A stretch of DNA of 64,000 bases from a virus. The position numbers were made by a program, and so were the translations under genes. How positions within the stretch are numbered: position 1 is the stretch's first letter; each line of letters begins with the position of its first letter. The notes under the pieces were generated by a model that searched no databases, was not told the origin of the DNA, and saw only the letters and a list, made by a program, of their open reading frames with translations. The stretch is from the IMG/VR virus record IMGVR_UViG_3300035181_001974. The stretch is one strand, 5' to 3'. This document shows positions 53,185 through 62,879 of this stretch, in pieces.

Positions 53185-54635
53185 TTCATCAAAACTTTCT
53201 TGGCGTATTGGCCTTGACCTGGCGCGCCTGTTCCCTGCTGCCCACCCATGGAGTCCGTGATTGGAATCGCGGACACTTGGCCGTCGATGGGCGTCGGACT
53301 GTCCTGACACAGGACCGCAAGATTCGCATCATCGCCGCCCAACTTGACGTAGCCCTTCTTCGAAGGCCTGTGGATGATGTCTCCGTTGCTTCTGATCACG
53401 ATGGCGGCATAGTTGTCAGGGTCGTTCAGCGCCTTGGCATTGCCTCTTGCGTCGGTCTCGTAGCCCGAGACGAGAATTTCGACGTCCATTCGAGCCACGA
53501 TCCTGACCTTGTCGGTGCGAATCAACACGGCGCCGGCACCCTTGCTCGGATCCTTGACGTCTGGAAAGTTGCTGGCATTGTAGCCATCGAGTCCAATGTT
53601 CTTGTCGATCATGGTGCGCTGGACAATGAGGACCCGAGAGCGGTCGTTCTTGAGGTCCGGGTCGCCCTCCTTTTCAGAGAGCTCCGCGCCTGATTTGCCC
53701 AACTCCTTATTGAAGTCTGACTTGTCGAGTTTCTTGTTGGTGACCTCCTTGCCTCGCGTGTCGTCTGTCTGTCCACGGCCAGCGACCAGGTCGATCATGC
53801 CTGCATCGCCGTCCATGTCAGAGTCAAGCTTAGCGGGCACCGTCCCCTTCTTTGGATCAGCGGGCCTCGTCAGGTCGGCAGCGGGTCCCACGCGGTCAGT
53901 GCCCAGGACGATCAACGTATTGTTGCTACCCTCAAAAGCAAGGTCCCCGGGCCTCTTACGGTACCTGGGAATTGCCTCGTATTTCATCACCTGGCTACCA
54001 TCTGAGTTTGTCAACAATTTTTCGTAGATCGCCTCGTCATCACTGGGCACCACGTGGCTGCTGGCCACGGTGTAACGCTCGCCTTCTTGGATATCGACGC
54101 GGCCGTTGCGGAACTCGTACTTGGCCTCGGCAGTTCCGTCAAAGACGTCTTTGATCTTGGGCGTAAATGATGGGTCCCAGGCCCGCGGCCCATGAGTGTG
54201 GTTGACATCGTCAACGTGACCCAACTCGGTGATCTTGCAAAACCAGTAACCCAATGAGGTCTCAACGGTTCCCGGAGCCTCGTACATCACCCAAACGTGT
54301 TCACCTGGTTTACATGGCATTGCCAAGTGACTCGAGAAGAATGGAAACAGAAAGACGGGTGCCTCGGTGGCTCCGTCCAGTATCCGTTGAGCGATGATGG
54401 CATTGCGCGGTAGCACGGCAGCGTACTCCATGTTGGCGACGCCGATGCCGTGCTCCCAGAAGTCGAGCTTAGCCTTGTCAATGATCGTTGGGTCGAAGAC
54501 CACGTCCAGGACAACATAGCGATAGAACGCTGGAAACTGAGCGTGTGTGCCGTGTTCCAGGGCCGACCGGTCCCGCATGATGCGGCCGGCTTCGCCCTCG
54601 ACGATGTGCTTCGTTAGCTTGGCATAGTCTGTCAT
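53181..54635 (-). CDS. baseplate hub / central spike-like protein
   Basis: 484 aa, position at head of baseplate module. Confidence 0.4.
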   Translation of the reverse strand: MTDYAKLTKHIVEGEAGRIMRDRSALEHGTHAQFPAFYRYVVLDVVFDPTIIDKAKLDFWEHGIGVANMEYAAVLPRNAIIAQRILDGATEAPVFLFPFFSSHLAMPCKPGEHVWVMYEAPGTVETSLGYWFCKITELGHVDDVNHTHGPRAWDPSFTPKIKDVFDGTAEAKYEFRNGRVDIQEGERYTVASSHVVPSDDEAIYEKLLTNSDGSQVMKYEAIPRYRKRPGDLAFEGSNNTLIVLGTDRVGPAADLTRPADPKKGTVPAKLDSDMDGDAGMIDLVAGRGQTDDTRGKEVTNKKLDKSDFNKELGKSGAELSEKEGDPDLKNDRSRVLIVQRTMIDKNIGLDGYNASNFPDVKDPSKGAGAVLIRTDKVRIVARMDVEILVSGYETDARGNAKALNDPDNYAAIVIRSNGDIIHRPSKKGYVKLGGDDANLAVLCQDSPTPIDGQVSAIPITDSMGGQQGTGAPGQGQYAKKVLMK

Positions 54636-54664
54636 GTCCTACGTACCTAATCGACCCAGTGCGT

Positions 54665-55042
54665 TCAGCCACCCTTCTTGATGCGCTCGAACATATCTTC
54701 AGGATCGATCTCTTCATCAGCACGTTCAGCCTTGGCAATCAACTCCGCCAGCTTGATGAGTTGATCGTTAGCCTTGCTCATGCGTTCGATATAGGTGGCG
54801 ATTGTCTTACCGTGAACGGCGTGTTCGGAACTCTTGTCCGACACGATTTTGACCAGGCGAGCGAACATGGCGTAGGAGTTCTGGCGATCTGAGATTGCAT
54901 TCTCGTAGATCTCCAACCACAGCTTGCGCTTCTTGTCGTTTAGGCTTTCGATCTGGTTGAGTAGGCCAGAAAAGTCCTTAATGCGCTCCTCGACGGTGCG
55001 ATCCTCGACTTCAACCAGATCATTCTTTTCTTCGACCGCCAT
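54665..55042 (-). CDS. hypothetical acidic protein (possible late-transcription accessory factor)
   Basis: 125 aa, immediately downstream of gp55-like gene. Confidence 0.35.
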   Translation of the reverse strand: MAVEEKNDLVEVEDRTVEERIKDFSGLLNQIESLNDKKRKLWLEIYENAISDRQNSYAMFARLVKIVSDKSSEHAVHGKTIATYIERMSKANDQLIKLAELIAKAERADEEIDPEDMFERIKKGG

Positions 55043-55050
55043 GATCTTCC

Positions 55051-55863
55051 TCAGAACAGGCGAAACTTAGCGTCGCCCTTCAACTTGCGATAGTGCTTCT
55101 TGACCATCTGCATCGTCGTTGTCAACTGCTTAGGACTCAGGCCCGACAGTTCACGCATGTAGAGCAGGATGGCACTCTTGCTCAACAAGTCAACATCATC
55201 AACGTTTTCGAAGATGGTGATGATGGAGTTGATGCACGCCAGCTCATTCTCTGTCTTGACGCGGGTCCTGATTTCGTACAACATCTTCAGGACGCCAGCT
55301 GCGCTGGTCTCATTCTCCATGATCATCTCAGCAGACGGGACCATGTTGTGCTCTTCGACGATGTTGAACTCATGAGCATTCAGCGAGTTGGGATCGTCCA
55401 GCGACACCGAACGCTTGACGCGCTGTGCCTTCTGCTTTGTCCTGATGATCAACCAGTTCTTGGCGACCACGTTGAAGTACGAAAAAGCGTTGGTCCCTCG
55501 CGTGCCGTCGAACTTGTGAATCGTCTCAAAGAGGAAGTTGACGCAGTCGTTCTTCAAATCATCGTAGGTGTCGTGCAGGCTGGTGAACTTGTGAATGTTG
55601 ATCAGGTTCTCTGTCAACTTCTCAAACGCTGGCATGATTTCATTGACGTAGAGCCTCTCGCGTTCCTTCCTGTCAGTTTCCTTCTGGTAGGCGCAGATCG
55701 CGGCCTGCGTATTTTGATTGAAGTACATCCTCGACTGCTTCGCAGCCTTCTTCTGTTCCTCCGTCTTGGGCTCTTCCTTCTCAGGGGGAGAAGATGGGAC
55801 GATTGCGGCGAGTGCTGCCTTCTTTGCGGGTGATTTCTGGGTCGTCTTTTTGCGGGCGGCCAT
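55051..55863 (-). CDS. gp55-like late-transcription sigma factor
   Basis: segment DCVNFLFETIHKFDGTRGTNAFSYFNVVAKNWLIIRTKQKAQR parallels T4 gp55 [39 protein letters not shown]; basic N-terminal extension. Confidence 0.55.
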   Translation of the reverse strand: MAARKKTTQKSPAKKAALAAIVPSSPPEKEEPKTEEQKKAAKQSRMYFNQNTQAAICAYQKETDRKERERLYVNEIMPAFEKLTENLINIHKFTSLHDTYDDLKNDCVNFLFETIHKFDGTRGTNAFSYFNVVAKNWLIIRTKQKAQRVKRSVSLDDPNSLNAHEFNIVEEHNMVPSAEMIMENETSAAGVLKMLYEIRTRVKTENELACINSIITIFENVDDVDLLSKSAILLYMRELSGLSPKQLTTTMQMVKKHYRKLKGDAKFRLF

Positions 55864-56172
55864 CTATTTGTTGCCTTCCTCGTCGTCCTGAATCGGCTCG
55901 ACAATCAAGTTTGCAACAAGCAGTATGGCGTCACGGGACATTTTGATGTCCTGCACGAGCTCACGGACGACGGGTTCGTCGCTCATGACCTCGAGCTCTG
56001 CCCGTGCGGCCGCTCGTTGATAGCACGTGTTCAACACGTCAAGCGCTACCTCTGTCTGATCGACGATTTCCTGCATCTTGTCTTGGTACTCGAGGTTCCT
56101 CTTTACGCTAACGTAGATGAAGAACGCAAGTGTCAGACAGAGCAGCGACAGTATGACAATCGTCGTAATCAT
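55864..56172 (-). CDS. small membrane protein (ends TAG, abuts gp55-like ATG)
   Basis: N-terminal TM helix ITTIVILSLLCLTLAFFIYV. Confidence 0.4.
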   Translation of the reverse strand: MITTIVILSLLCLTLAFFIYVSVKRNLEYQDKMQEIVDQTEVALDVLNTCYQRAAARAELEVMSDEPVVRELVQDIKMSRDAILLVANLIVEPIQDDEEGNK

Positions 56173-57332
56173 CAGAGCACGTCTTTCAGGAGTTCGTCAT
56201 ATTGTTTGGCGATCTCCGGGAAACTGAAGTGTCCTCGCAGGCGAGTGGCTAGCTCGTCGGCCCACTCCTTCGGGATGGTATGAGAGTTGCGAAACTTGAC
56301 GATTCGCTTCTTGAAGTCCTCCTCGGAAGGATTGGCCCACTTGGAGCCCTTCACGAAGATCTGGCCATCGATCCTGGACGGGTGTACCTCACCGAGTTGA
56401 TAGTAGATGCTAACGTACTTGCCCAGCTTCATAAAATCGAGGTGCCCTGACCATCCGGTTGCGATGACTGGTAGGCCACTGGCAGCTGCCTCGAGGATCG
56501 GCAATCCATAGCCTTCGCCCCGCGTCAAGGTGACCAGGCCCTTGATCTGTGGGTGACGGTACAACGCTGCTACCTCAAGGTCATCCATGTCACCGTGAAG
56601 CAGGTGAACCTTGGGATACGGACCCTTGCGAGCCTCAGCCAGGACGCCCGACAGGACATTCTTGATGATGTTCCTGTCGATCTTTGTATTACGCCCGGCG
56701 TTGGTCTTGATGACGATGCCCACGTCCTTGTCATCCTTGAATGCTTCACACAGCCATTTCAGGGTGAAGAAGGTGTTCTTGCGATCGTTGAACGGGTTGT
56801 TACCCGTCAACTGACCAAAAACCAAGAAGTTGAACTTGGTTGAGAACTCGGGCAACTTAGGCAGCTTGTCGTCGTCCAACAGCACCGAATCAACGAACGA
56901 CTCAGGAACCACTGCGATGGGCGTCGACACCTTGCCCGTGCTTGTCAGGTTGGCCAACACGTGCTGACTTGGAACGATGATCTGTGACATCCTGTTGCAG
57001 TATTCAATCCACGATGGGTTGCAGCGATCTGTCTCGACACCGGCTGTCATGCCTACGTTCCAAGCAGCAACCTTTGGGTCCCACTCATTGGGCAACTGCA
57101 GCTGAAATGACACGTCACTATGGGCGTCAGGGCCGACCGAGCGCTTCATCACTTCGCCCACCAGACCTTCATGTGCGTTGCTGTCGAGCAACCAAGGCGT
57201 GTCACCCCAAGGCAGCAAGTGAAATTTGACATCGATACCGGGCTTGTCGAGCAACCAACGTGCAACCTGGCGAGCGTGAACGCCGTATCCTGATTGGGTC
57301 AACGTTGGACCCCGAAGAATCACAGTCTTCAT
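56172..57332 (-). CDS. glycosyltransferase
   Basis: Rossmann-like GT pattern; track ORF 56172..57386 trimmed to internal Met MKTVILRGP to remove a 50-nt overlap. Confidence 0.5.
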   Translation of the reverse strand: MKTVILRGPTLTQSGYGVHARQVARWLLDKPGIDVKFHLLPWGDTPWLLDSNAHEGLVGEVMKRSVGPDAHSDVSFQLQLPNEWDPKVAAWNVGMTAGVETDRCNPSWIEYCNRMSQIIVPSQHVLANLTSTGKVSTPIAVVPESFVDSVLLDDDKLPKLPEFSTKFNFLVFGQLTGNNPFNDRKNTFFTLKWLCEAFKDDKDVGIVIKTNAGRNTKIDRNIIKNVLSGVLAEARKGPYPKVHLLHGDMDDLEVAALYRHPQIKGLVTLTRGEGYGLPILEAAASGLPVIATGWSGHLDFMKLGKYVSIYYQLGEVHPSRIDGQIFVKGSKWANPSEEDFKKRIVKFRNSHTIPKEWADELATRLRGHFSFPEIAKQYDELLKDVL

Positions 57333-57336
57333 CTGA

Positions 57337-58590
57337 TCAAAGCTCCACGTGTTCCCAGCGCTTATGTCGTGTGCGCCAATTATCAATGGTGTCGGTCAGC
57401 GTTTCGTCCCAACGATTGATGATCGTCTGCAGGTCATAGTCCCTGTGAGCATGCGCCAATGCCTTCTGGCCCAACTCGGCACGAGCCTCAGGGCCCAATT
57501 CATACATCTTCATGAATGCATTGGCAACTGTCTCATGAGAGACAAAATCCTCGAAAATGTAGGGTACCAGTTGGTTGCCGACCAGCGACTTGACCTCGGG
57601 CTCAAGGGCGATGCCGTACTGTTCACCAGTCTCATGGTCCTCGACCTGCCGAGTCAAACCTCCCGTCTTCAAGGCAATGATCGGCTTGCCGCACATCATG
57701 GCCTCAAGGGTGCCGAGACCGAAGCCCTCGTTGCACGAACGATTGATGATGACATCGCTCATGTTATAGAGACCCACCATCTCCGGGAACCCGACTCTGT
57801 CCTTCGAGAAGACCACATGTTCCTTCAACTGTAGGACGTCGAGCACATGGTGCAGGTTGGCACCTTCTGGATCGAGCGGATCGGCATGCATGACCAGCGT
57901 GGCCTTGGTGTGACCATACTTAGCGCGGAGCTGTTCAATGAACATGCGCCAGGAGACCAGGATGTCACCCGGCATCTTGCGGCGGGCGTTTCTGGAGACA
58001 AACAACACAATGAAGTGGTCCTCGCGGGCCGGGCCCAACAACGACTTCTTGAACCGCGCAACATCCGCGGGCGGCAGCGGGCGGAATAGATCCTTGGGCA
58101 CTCCATGTGGAATGTAGTTGGTCTTCTCCGGAAATCGCTTGCTGACCATCTCGTACGTTGGGTAGTTGATGCAGTTAATCAAGTCGGTGCTGTCGTACAG
58201 CGTTCTGTTGAACTCAGGCCAAGGCGGATTGTCCCACAGGTGATTGTAGGTGATCGGACAGATCTGGTGAACCTCGTCTTCCATCTCCCAGACCCAGATG
58301 AAGAACCGTGGGTCGGTGAAAAGCAACAAGGCGTCTGGCTTCACCTGAACCAGGGCCTTGCGAAGGAGATTCTTGTCACCAAAGCCGTTAGTCGGCTTGA
58401 TGATGAAGTCCTCACTGACAGCGATCTCGTCGTAGTTCTCGTGACGAATGGCGCCGCCGAAGACGCGAAAGCTGTACTTGCCGGTTCCGATCAGTCCATT
58501 GATCAACCAGCGGGCTTGCGTGCCGACGCCACTTGTGCTAAGAGGATGGTCACTTAGCATCAAAATCTTTTTCTTTTCAACCACTTGCAT
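57337..58590 (-). CDS. glycosyltransferase, family 1 (GT4-like)
   Basis: EGFGLGTLEAMMCGKPIIA resembles the GT-B E-x7-E motif; 417 aa. Confidence 0.65.
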   Translation of the reverse strand: MQVVEKKKILMLSDHPLSTSGVGTQARWLINGLIGTGKYSFRVFGGAIRHENYDEIAVSEDFIIKPTNGFGDKNLLRKALVQVKPDALLLFTDPRFFIWVWEMEDEVHQICPITYNHLWDNPPWPEFNRTLYDSTDLINCINYPTYEMVSKRFPEKTNYIPHGVPKDLFRPLPPADVARFKKSLLGPAREDHFIVLFVSRNARRKMPGDILVSWRMFIEQLRAKYGHTKATLVMHADPLDPEGANLHHVLDVLQLKEHVVFSKDRVGFPEMVGLYNMSDVIINRSCNEGFGLGTLEAMMCGKPIIALKTGGLTRQVEDHETGEQYGIALEPEVKSLVGNQLVPYIFEDFVSHETVANAFMKMYELGPEARAELGQKALAHAHRDYDLQTIINRWDETLTDTIDNWRTRHKRWEHVEL

Positions 58591-58620
58591 CTCTTTTGCT
58601 GCACGAAAGTGCTGTCTCAG

Positions 58621-59322
58621 TTAACCTTTGAAACACGTTCTGCTTGTCAGAATAGTACTCACTCTCTCACACTGTGATCGTGTAGCAACCTTTTGTTGCA
58701 TCACGCTCATTCGTTCTGCGTCTTCAGCCCAAATCTGTTCTGCGTACTTCTTCTTCAGTGGATGGTAGAAGGAACCGCTGTACTTGATAGGATTGCAGTG
58801 CCAGTAGTCGCCGTTGTACTCAACGACCATCTTGGCTTTGTCGCTGAAGATGTCGATGCAGTACTTGTGTGTGCCTCCATGGAACAGTTTCTCACCTTCA
58901 AACTGTGCTGCAGGTATGCTGCTGGATAGGTGATCGATGATTTCCTGCTGGGCTTTTGAAACCGTACGGTGCTTGCTCAGAAAGAATGCGTTGGTTACGC
59001 CGTGGTTCTGCAACAATGTTCGTCTAGACTTGTCGAGGACTTCTTCACTGTTTTTGCGACCGAACATAGGATTGCCAGAACCCATGAACTTGCGTCCAAA
59101 ATACGTTCTACCACACTGTCGACACGTCCGCTCGACCTTATGAGACTCGATGTTCTTGGCGCCGTACTCCTTGCGGTGCTCAGAGAAACACATCGGGCCG
59201 CAAAACCGCTTGCTGGCGACTGCGGCCTCAAAGGGTCGTTGACAACGCTCACATGTTCGGATGAACATCCAGACCAGATGTATCTGGTCCATTGAATCTG
59301 TAAAGCGTAGCAATACAGGCAC
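58621..59322 (-). CDS. zinc-ribbon + DUF559 / Vsr-like (PD-(D/E)xK) endonuclease
   Basis: N-terminal CERCQ..C..C and CRQCGR ribbons; C-terminal YCIDIFSDKAKMVVEYNGDYWH matches the DUF559 D..EvDG..H core. Confidence 0.5.
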   Translation of the reverse strand: MPVLLRFTDSMDQIHLVWMFIRTCERCQRPFEAAVASKRFCGPMCFSEHRKEYGAKNIESHKVERTCRQCGRTYFGRKFMGSGNPMFGRKNSEEVLDKSRRTLLQNHGVTNAFFLSKHRTVSKAQQEIIDHLSSSIPAAQFEGEKLFHGGTHKYCIDIFSDKAKMVVEYNGDYWHCNPIKYSGSFYHPLKKKYAEQIWAEDAERMSVMQQKVATRSQCERVSTILTSRTCFKG

Positions 59323-59586
59323 CCCAGGGAGTGAATGAAGCTACACACATTGCGTCACACACCCGTCGAGGCGGTTCACTTAACAGAACCTTCACAGCAA
59401 ATTTGTCATCATCAAGTTGAAGGCACGCAACGACAAGACCGATCGTTTCGAAATCCAGATACGCTACGTCATCTTCGTCTTTGCGCTTCAAGCCTTCAAA
59501 TGTGCGGTAAGCAACTGTCGGAGGCAAAGATCCGTCTAGGTGGCTGACAATGAAATTTATAGTTGAGCCGGGCTTGATCGGTGTTA

Positions 59587-60417
59587 TCAAGTGCAGTGCT
59601 CGGTATTCTTGTAGTCGCAATAGGTGCAAGAGTCCCTGTTCTTGATGAAGATCTTACGGCGGATGGAAACCACCGCATTGTTGAGGACCTTCAGCGACCT
59701 ACCAGTGGTGACGTCACCCACTGACACCTTGACGAGTTCGCAGTGACTGCCTACCTTGGCACTGCGTTTCAACAGGACGAAGCCACAGCGGACGTGCTTG
59801 GGATCGGTGCCTGTCTTGGATGACCAGAAGTTCTTGTAGAAGACCAGTTGCTGCAGCACGCGTGGGTCAGACTTCTTGTCGGCTGTCCATCCCCATGCGG
59901 TTGTCTTCCAGTCGATCAGCCAATAGACGGGTTCACCACGCTTGCCTTTGGCCTTGATGATGCCGTCGATGAAGCCCTTGAAGGCATGTGGATGCTTTTC
60001 CATCGACTCGTAGAGCTCGTGTTCGGCGTCAACGTATTCCCAATCCGGGAAGTTCTCGTCCATGAATGCCGGCACGTCTGCACAAATCGAGGTGGCCTCA
60101 GCCAACATCTGTTGCAGGAGCTCAGGCGTGTATGCAGGACGGGCCTTGTGCGTCTCGAAGAACTTCCTCAGAGAAATATGGGCAATCTCGGGTTCCATCA
60201 CACGCGTCTCTAGGAACTTCTCACAGGCCGAGTGGACCGCGGTCCCAAAGTCGATGATGGGAACAGGCTCGAAGACGCCGATCTTGTCGATGTACTTCAG
60301 CTTGTGACGATATGAGCAATCCTGCCAGTCGCGCAGTTCAGAAAACGAAATGTGAGGCTTCCCGGTGGGAAGGTTCTCGAAAATGGGCTTCGCCTCATCC
60401 AGGCCGCTGTCGCTCAT
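59587..60417 (-). CDS. PD-(D/E)xK exonuclease of the Cas4 / RecB-nuclease-domain type with Fe-S Cys cluster
   Basis: one N-terminal Cys (WQDCSYRH) plus C-terminal CTYCDYKNTEHC; central DxK-type motifs (IDWKT). Confidence 0.6.
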   Translation of the reverse strand: MSDSGLDEAKPIFENLPTGKPHISFSELRDWQDCSYRHKLKYIDKIGVFEPVPIIDFGTAVHSACEKFLETRVMEPEIAHISLRKFFETHKARPAYTPELLQQMLAEATSICADVPAFMDENFPDWEYVDAEHELYESMEKHPHAFKGFIDGIIKAKGKRGEPVYWLIDWKTTAWGWTADKKSDPRVLQQLVFYKNFWSSKTGTDPKHVRCGFVLLKRSAKVGSHCELVKVSVGDVTTGRSLKVLNNAVVSIRRKIFIKNRDSCTYCDYKNTEHCT

Positions 60418-60898
60418 TCCAACAATGTATCAACGTTTCTGCGCGAAGTTCATCGAGCCACCAACCCAGTGAATGAAGTACTCCTGCTCTGTCTCGTGAT
60501 ACATCGGTCCACAGGGCACCATGCGCCATGTACCGCCATAGCGATGATACTCATGACACAGATGATAACGTTGAAGCGGTTCTTCTGGCTCATCGCGCCG
60601 GAGTCGAAACTATTCAGCGAGCCTCTCTAGACCAGAGTTGTTGTAGAAGGCTGGATCACTCACGGAGCTCAAGCATTTGCTCGAGGCTACAACGCTTGCC
60701 GCAGTGATCACAGATAAAGGCAGTTTCCATGACGCTCCCGAAGGGACTTGAACCCTCAACGCATGGTGTTAGAATCCGTCACTCTGCCATTGAGTTACAG
60801 GAGCAGTGCCCCGAGTGGGAGTCGAACCCACGATCGCGGTTTTAGAGACCGCAGCTTTAGCCCGCTAAGCTACCGAGGCAAACCTCAAAATTGTACGG

Positions 60899-61507
60899 TC
60901 AGTAGCAGCACTTGTTTCTCCGTCTCGGCTCGGACCAGGTCACGCAGCGTCTGGGGGTGATTGAGATAGGTGCGGGCGTCAGAGTCATCATGACGTCGAA
61001 CAACGGAAAGTACTTCTCGCGGGTCTCTGCGACCTGCTTGACACGGAACTCCTTAGAGGCTGCCCCCAACGTCCTGAGATTGTCGAGCCGATCACGTGCC
61101 TTGATGAACGGACGCCAGTCGGTCGACATGTTGAAGCACTCAAAATAACCTTCCTCGGGCACCTTGTTCAAAGTCTTGATGATCTCGATGACATCGGTGC
61201 CGAAGCAGCGCTCGATCAACACGGGCGGCAGGTTGGGAGCGTCTTCCGCCACGTCATGGAGCAACGCAGAGATTATCATCTCTGACTTGACGATCTTGGC
61301 CTTGTCGATCAGGACGATGGCCACTTGGCGCACGTGCTCGAAGTACCTGACGGGATCACCGTGGTCGTCCAATTCCTTTCGAACCTACGCGCGGTTGCCA
61401 TACTTTGCCATCGTGTAGGCATGCTGCACGTTGAGGATGACGCTCGGGGCTAGGAACGAATCCAAATGCCTGAAGAAACTTTCGCGATTTCCGTTGCCAT
61501 GATTCAT
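60899..61507 (-). CDS. RelA/SpoT-type HD hydrolase (small alarmone hydrolase-like) interrupted by an in-frame TAG at 61385-61387
   Basis: HD motif ISALLHDVAEDAP and upstream YFEHVRQVAIVL; ATG 61505-61507 ORF hits TAG between ..AKYGNRA and VRKELDDHG.., aligning with the conserved Gln of the H.GQ.RK motif. Confidence 0.5.
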
Positions 61508-61548
61508 GGCAAGCAAAACGGGCGGTGAATTTCACCGCCCGCCCTTGC

Positions 61549-61905
61549 TCAACCGATTCGTTCTCCCCAGGGAACTCCCATACACGTGGCAAGTGTAACT
61601 GTGCCCGTCACCGGGTCATGTCCTGCTAGAAGCATTCCGTGTGATTCAACGCCCATCATCTTGCGAGGCGCAAGGTTGACCACGGCCAACACCCGAGTGC
61701 CGACCAACATCTCCACGTGGTAGCTCTTAGCGATGCCGGCCATAATGGTGCGATAGCCGATCTCGGATCCAAAGTAGACCTCGAGCTTGACAAGTTTGTC
61801 GCTCTTGGGCACTGCCTCTGACTTAGTGATTTCGCCCACACGAATATCGACCTTCAAGAAGTCATCGAAGGTGATTGTGTCGGGCGCCTTGTGTTCGTCG
61901 CTCAT
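61549..61905 (-). CDS. tRNA-binding domain protein (Trbp111 / CsaA / EMAP-II-like)
   Basis: FLKVDIRVGEITKSE...KLVKLEVYFG...VGTRVLAVVNLAPRKMMGVESHGMLL classic OB-fold tRNA-binding signature. Confidence 0.7.
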   Translation of the reverse strand: MSDEHKAPDTITFDDFLKVDIRVGEITKSEAVPKSDKLVKLEVYFGSEIGYRTIMAGIAKSYHVEMLVGTRVLAVVNLAPRKMMGVESHGMLLAGHDPVTGTVTLATCMGVPWGERIG

Positions 61906-62261
61906 GACAGTTCCTTGAGCGCCAGTGGCAGGTTCTTACAGAGCTCTGCCGTCTTGGGATGTGGCTCGATGGCGATCGCCGTGATGGCGCCTCCCACGTT
62001 AGGTTCACGGAAAGCACTCCAACGCAGGCCATGGTCCTTGGCAGCGGTGATAAGACGCATCAGCTCTACCTCATCGGCCACTGACAGCAACGCGAGGTAG
62101 TTAGAGTTGGTAAACCACTCACCATCGCGATCAGGATGATCAGCCGTGAACTGTCGAATGGCATGGCAAGACTGCACGGCCTGGTAACCAGGCGCAATGT
62201 CTCGCCGCGTGACGAGGTACAATTTATCCCCCGTCTTAACCTTGTGGTTTCCACCACTCAT
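61902..62261 (-). CDS. second PTH2-fold (peptidyl-tRNA hydrolase 2-like) protein
   Basis: KLYLVTRRDIAPGYQAVQSCHA and NVGGAITAIAIEPH parallel PTH2 motifs; start at internal Met MSGGNHKV directly after the upstream stop. Confidence 0.45.
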   Translation of the reverse strand: MSGGNHKVKTGDKLYLVTRRDIAPGYQAVQSCHAIRQFTADHPDRDGEWFTNSNYLALLSVADEVELMRLITAAKDHGLRWSAFREPNVGGAITAIAIEPHPKTAELCKNLPLALKELS

Positions 62262-62644
62262 TTTTCGAGCCTTTTTTCCGTGGGCTCGAGAAGGGCCTGC
62301 ACCGCCTCCACCGTGAGCTTTTTTGCCTCCCAAGGAGGCATGTGGGCGAGCATCAGCTCGTGAATCCTTGCGGGACTGGGTCGATTTACGTTTGAGCAAT
62401 GTTCAATCCTCTCATACGGGATGCCGCGAAGCAAACCGTAAGCAATCAGGTGCTCCCTGTTGAAGGTTCCAATCCTTCGCTTTTCCTGCCACAGCGAATC
62501 ACGTCGCTTGCCGCTCGTCTTGCGGATACGATTGTGGATCGAAACGCCGGTGGCCTGCAGACCGCGGATCTTGGCGCGAAGTACGCGCAAATAGATGTTC
62601 TTCATGATGTCCTCTCTTTTCTTTCTGAAAGTGCACTCAATCAC
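62258..62644 (-). CDS. hypothetical basic protein
   Basis: 128-aa ORF. Confidence 0.35.
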   Translation of the reverse strand: MIECTFRKKREDIMKNIYLRVLRAKIRGLQATGVSIHNRIRKTSGKRRDSLWQEKRRIGTFNREHLIAYGLLRGIPYERIEHCSNVNRPSPARIHELMLAHMPPWEAKKLTVEAVQALLEPTEKRLEK

Positions 62645-62879
62645 GGGTGAGGTAAGAGCGCGAAAAGGAGGACCTCGCGGCAGCTAATGCTCGCGGAGAA
62701 TCATCTGTGGATAGTTCTGCGTATACATGACGTACATGGCGATGCCTTTGTATTGTAAATACAACACAGGTGGCGTCTTGTACAGGTCCCTAAAACTTCT
62801 GTAATCTTTGCACATAAAGGACACATGTTGATGTCAAATTCGTCTTTTATGTACAAAGATTGACACAGAGGGCTTAAAC

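Noticed and set aside
38502-54635. Prophage boundary / integrase-att site near the structural block
   Set aside because: No integrase, recombinase or direct-repeat att-like sequences were seen. Gene content on both sides is phage-like, so the window appears to be internal to a virus genome.
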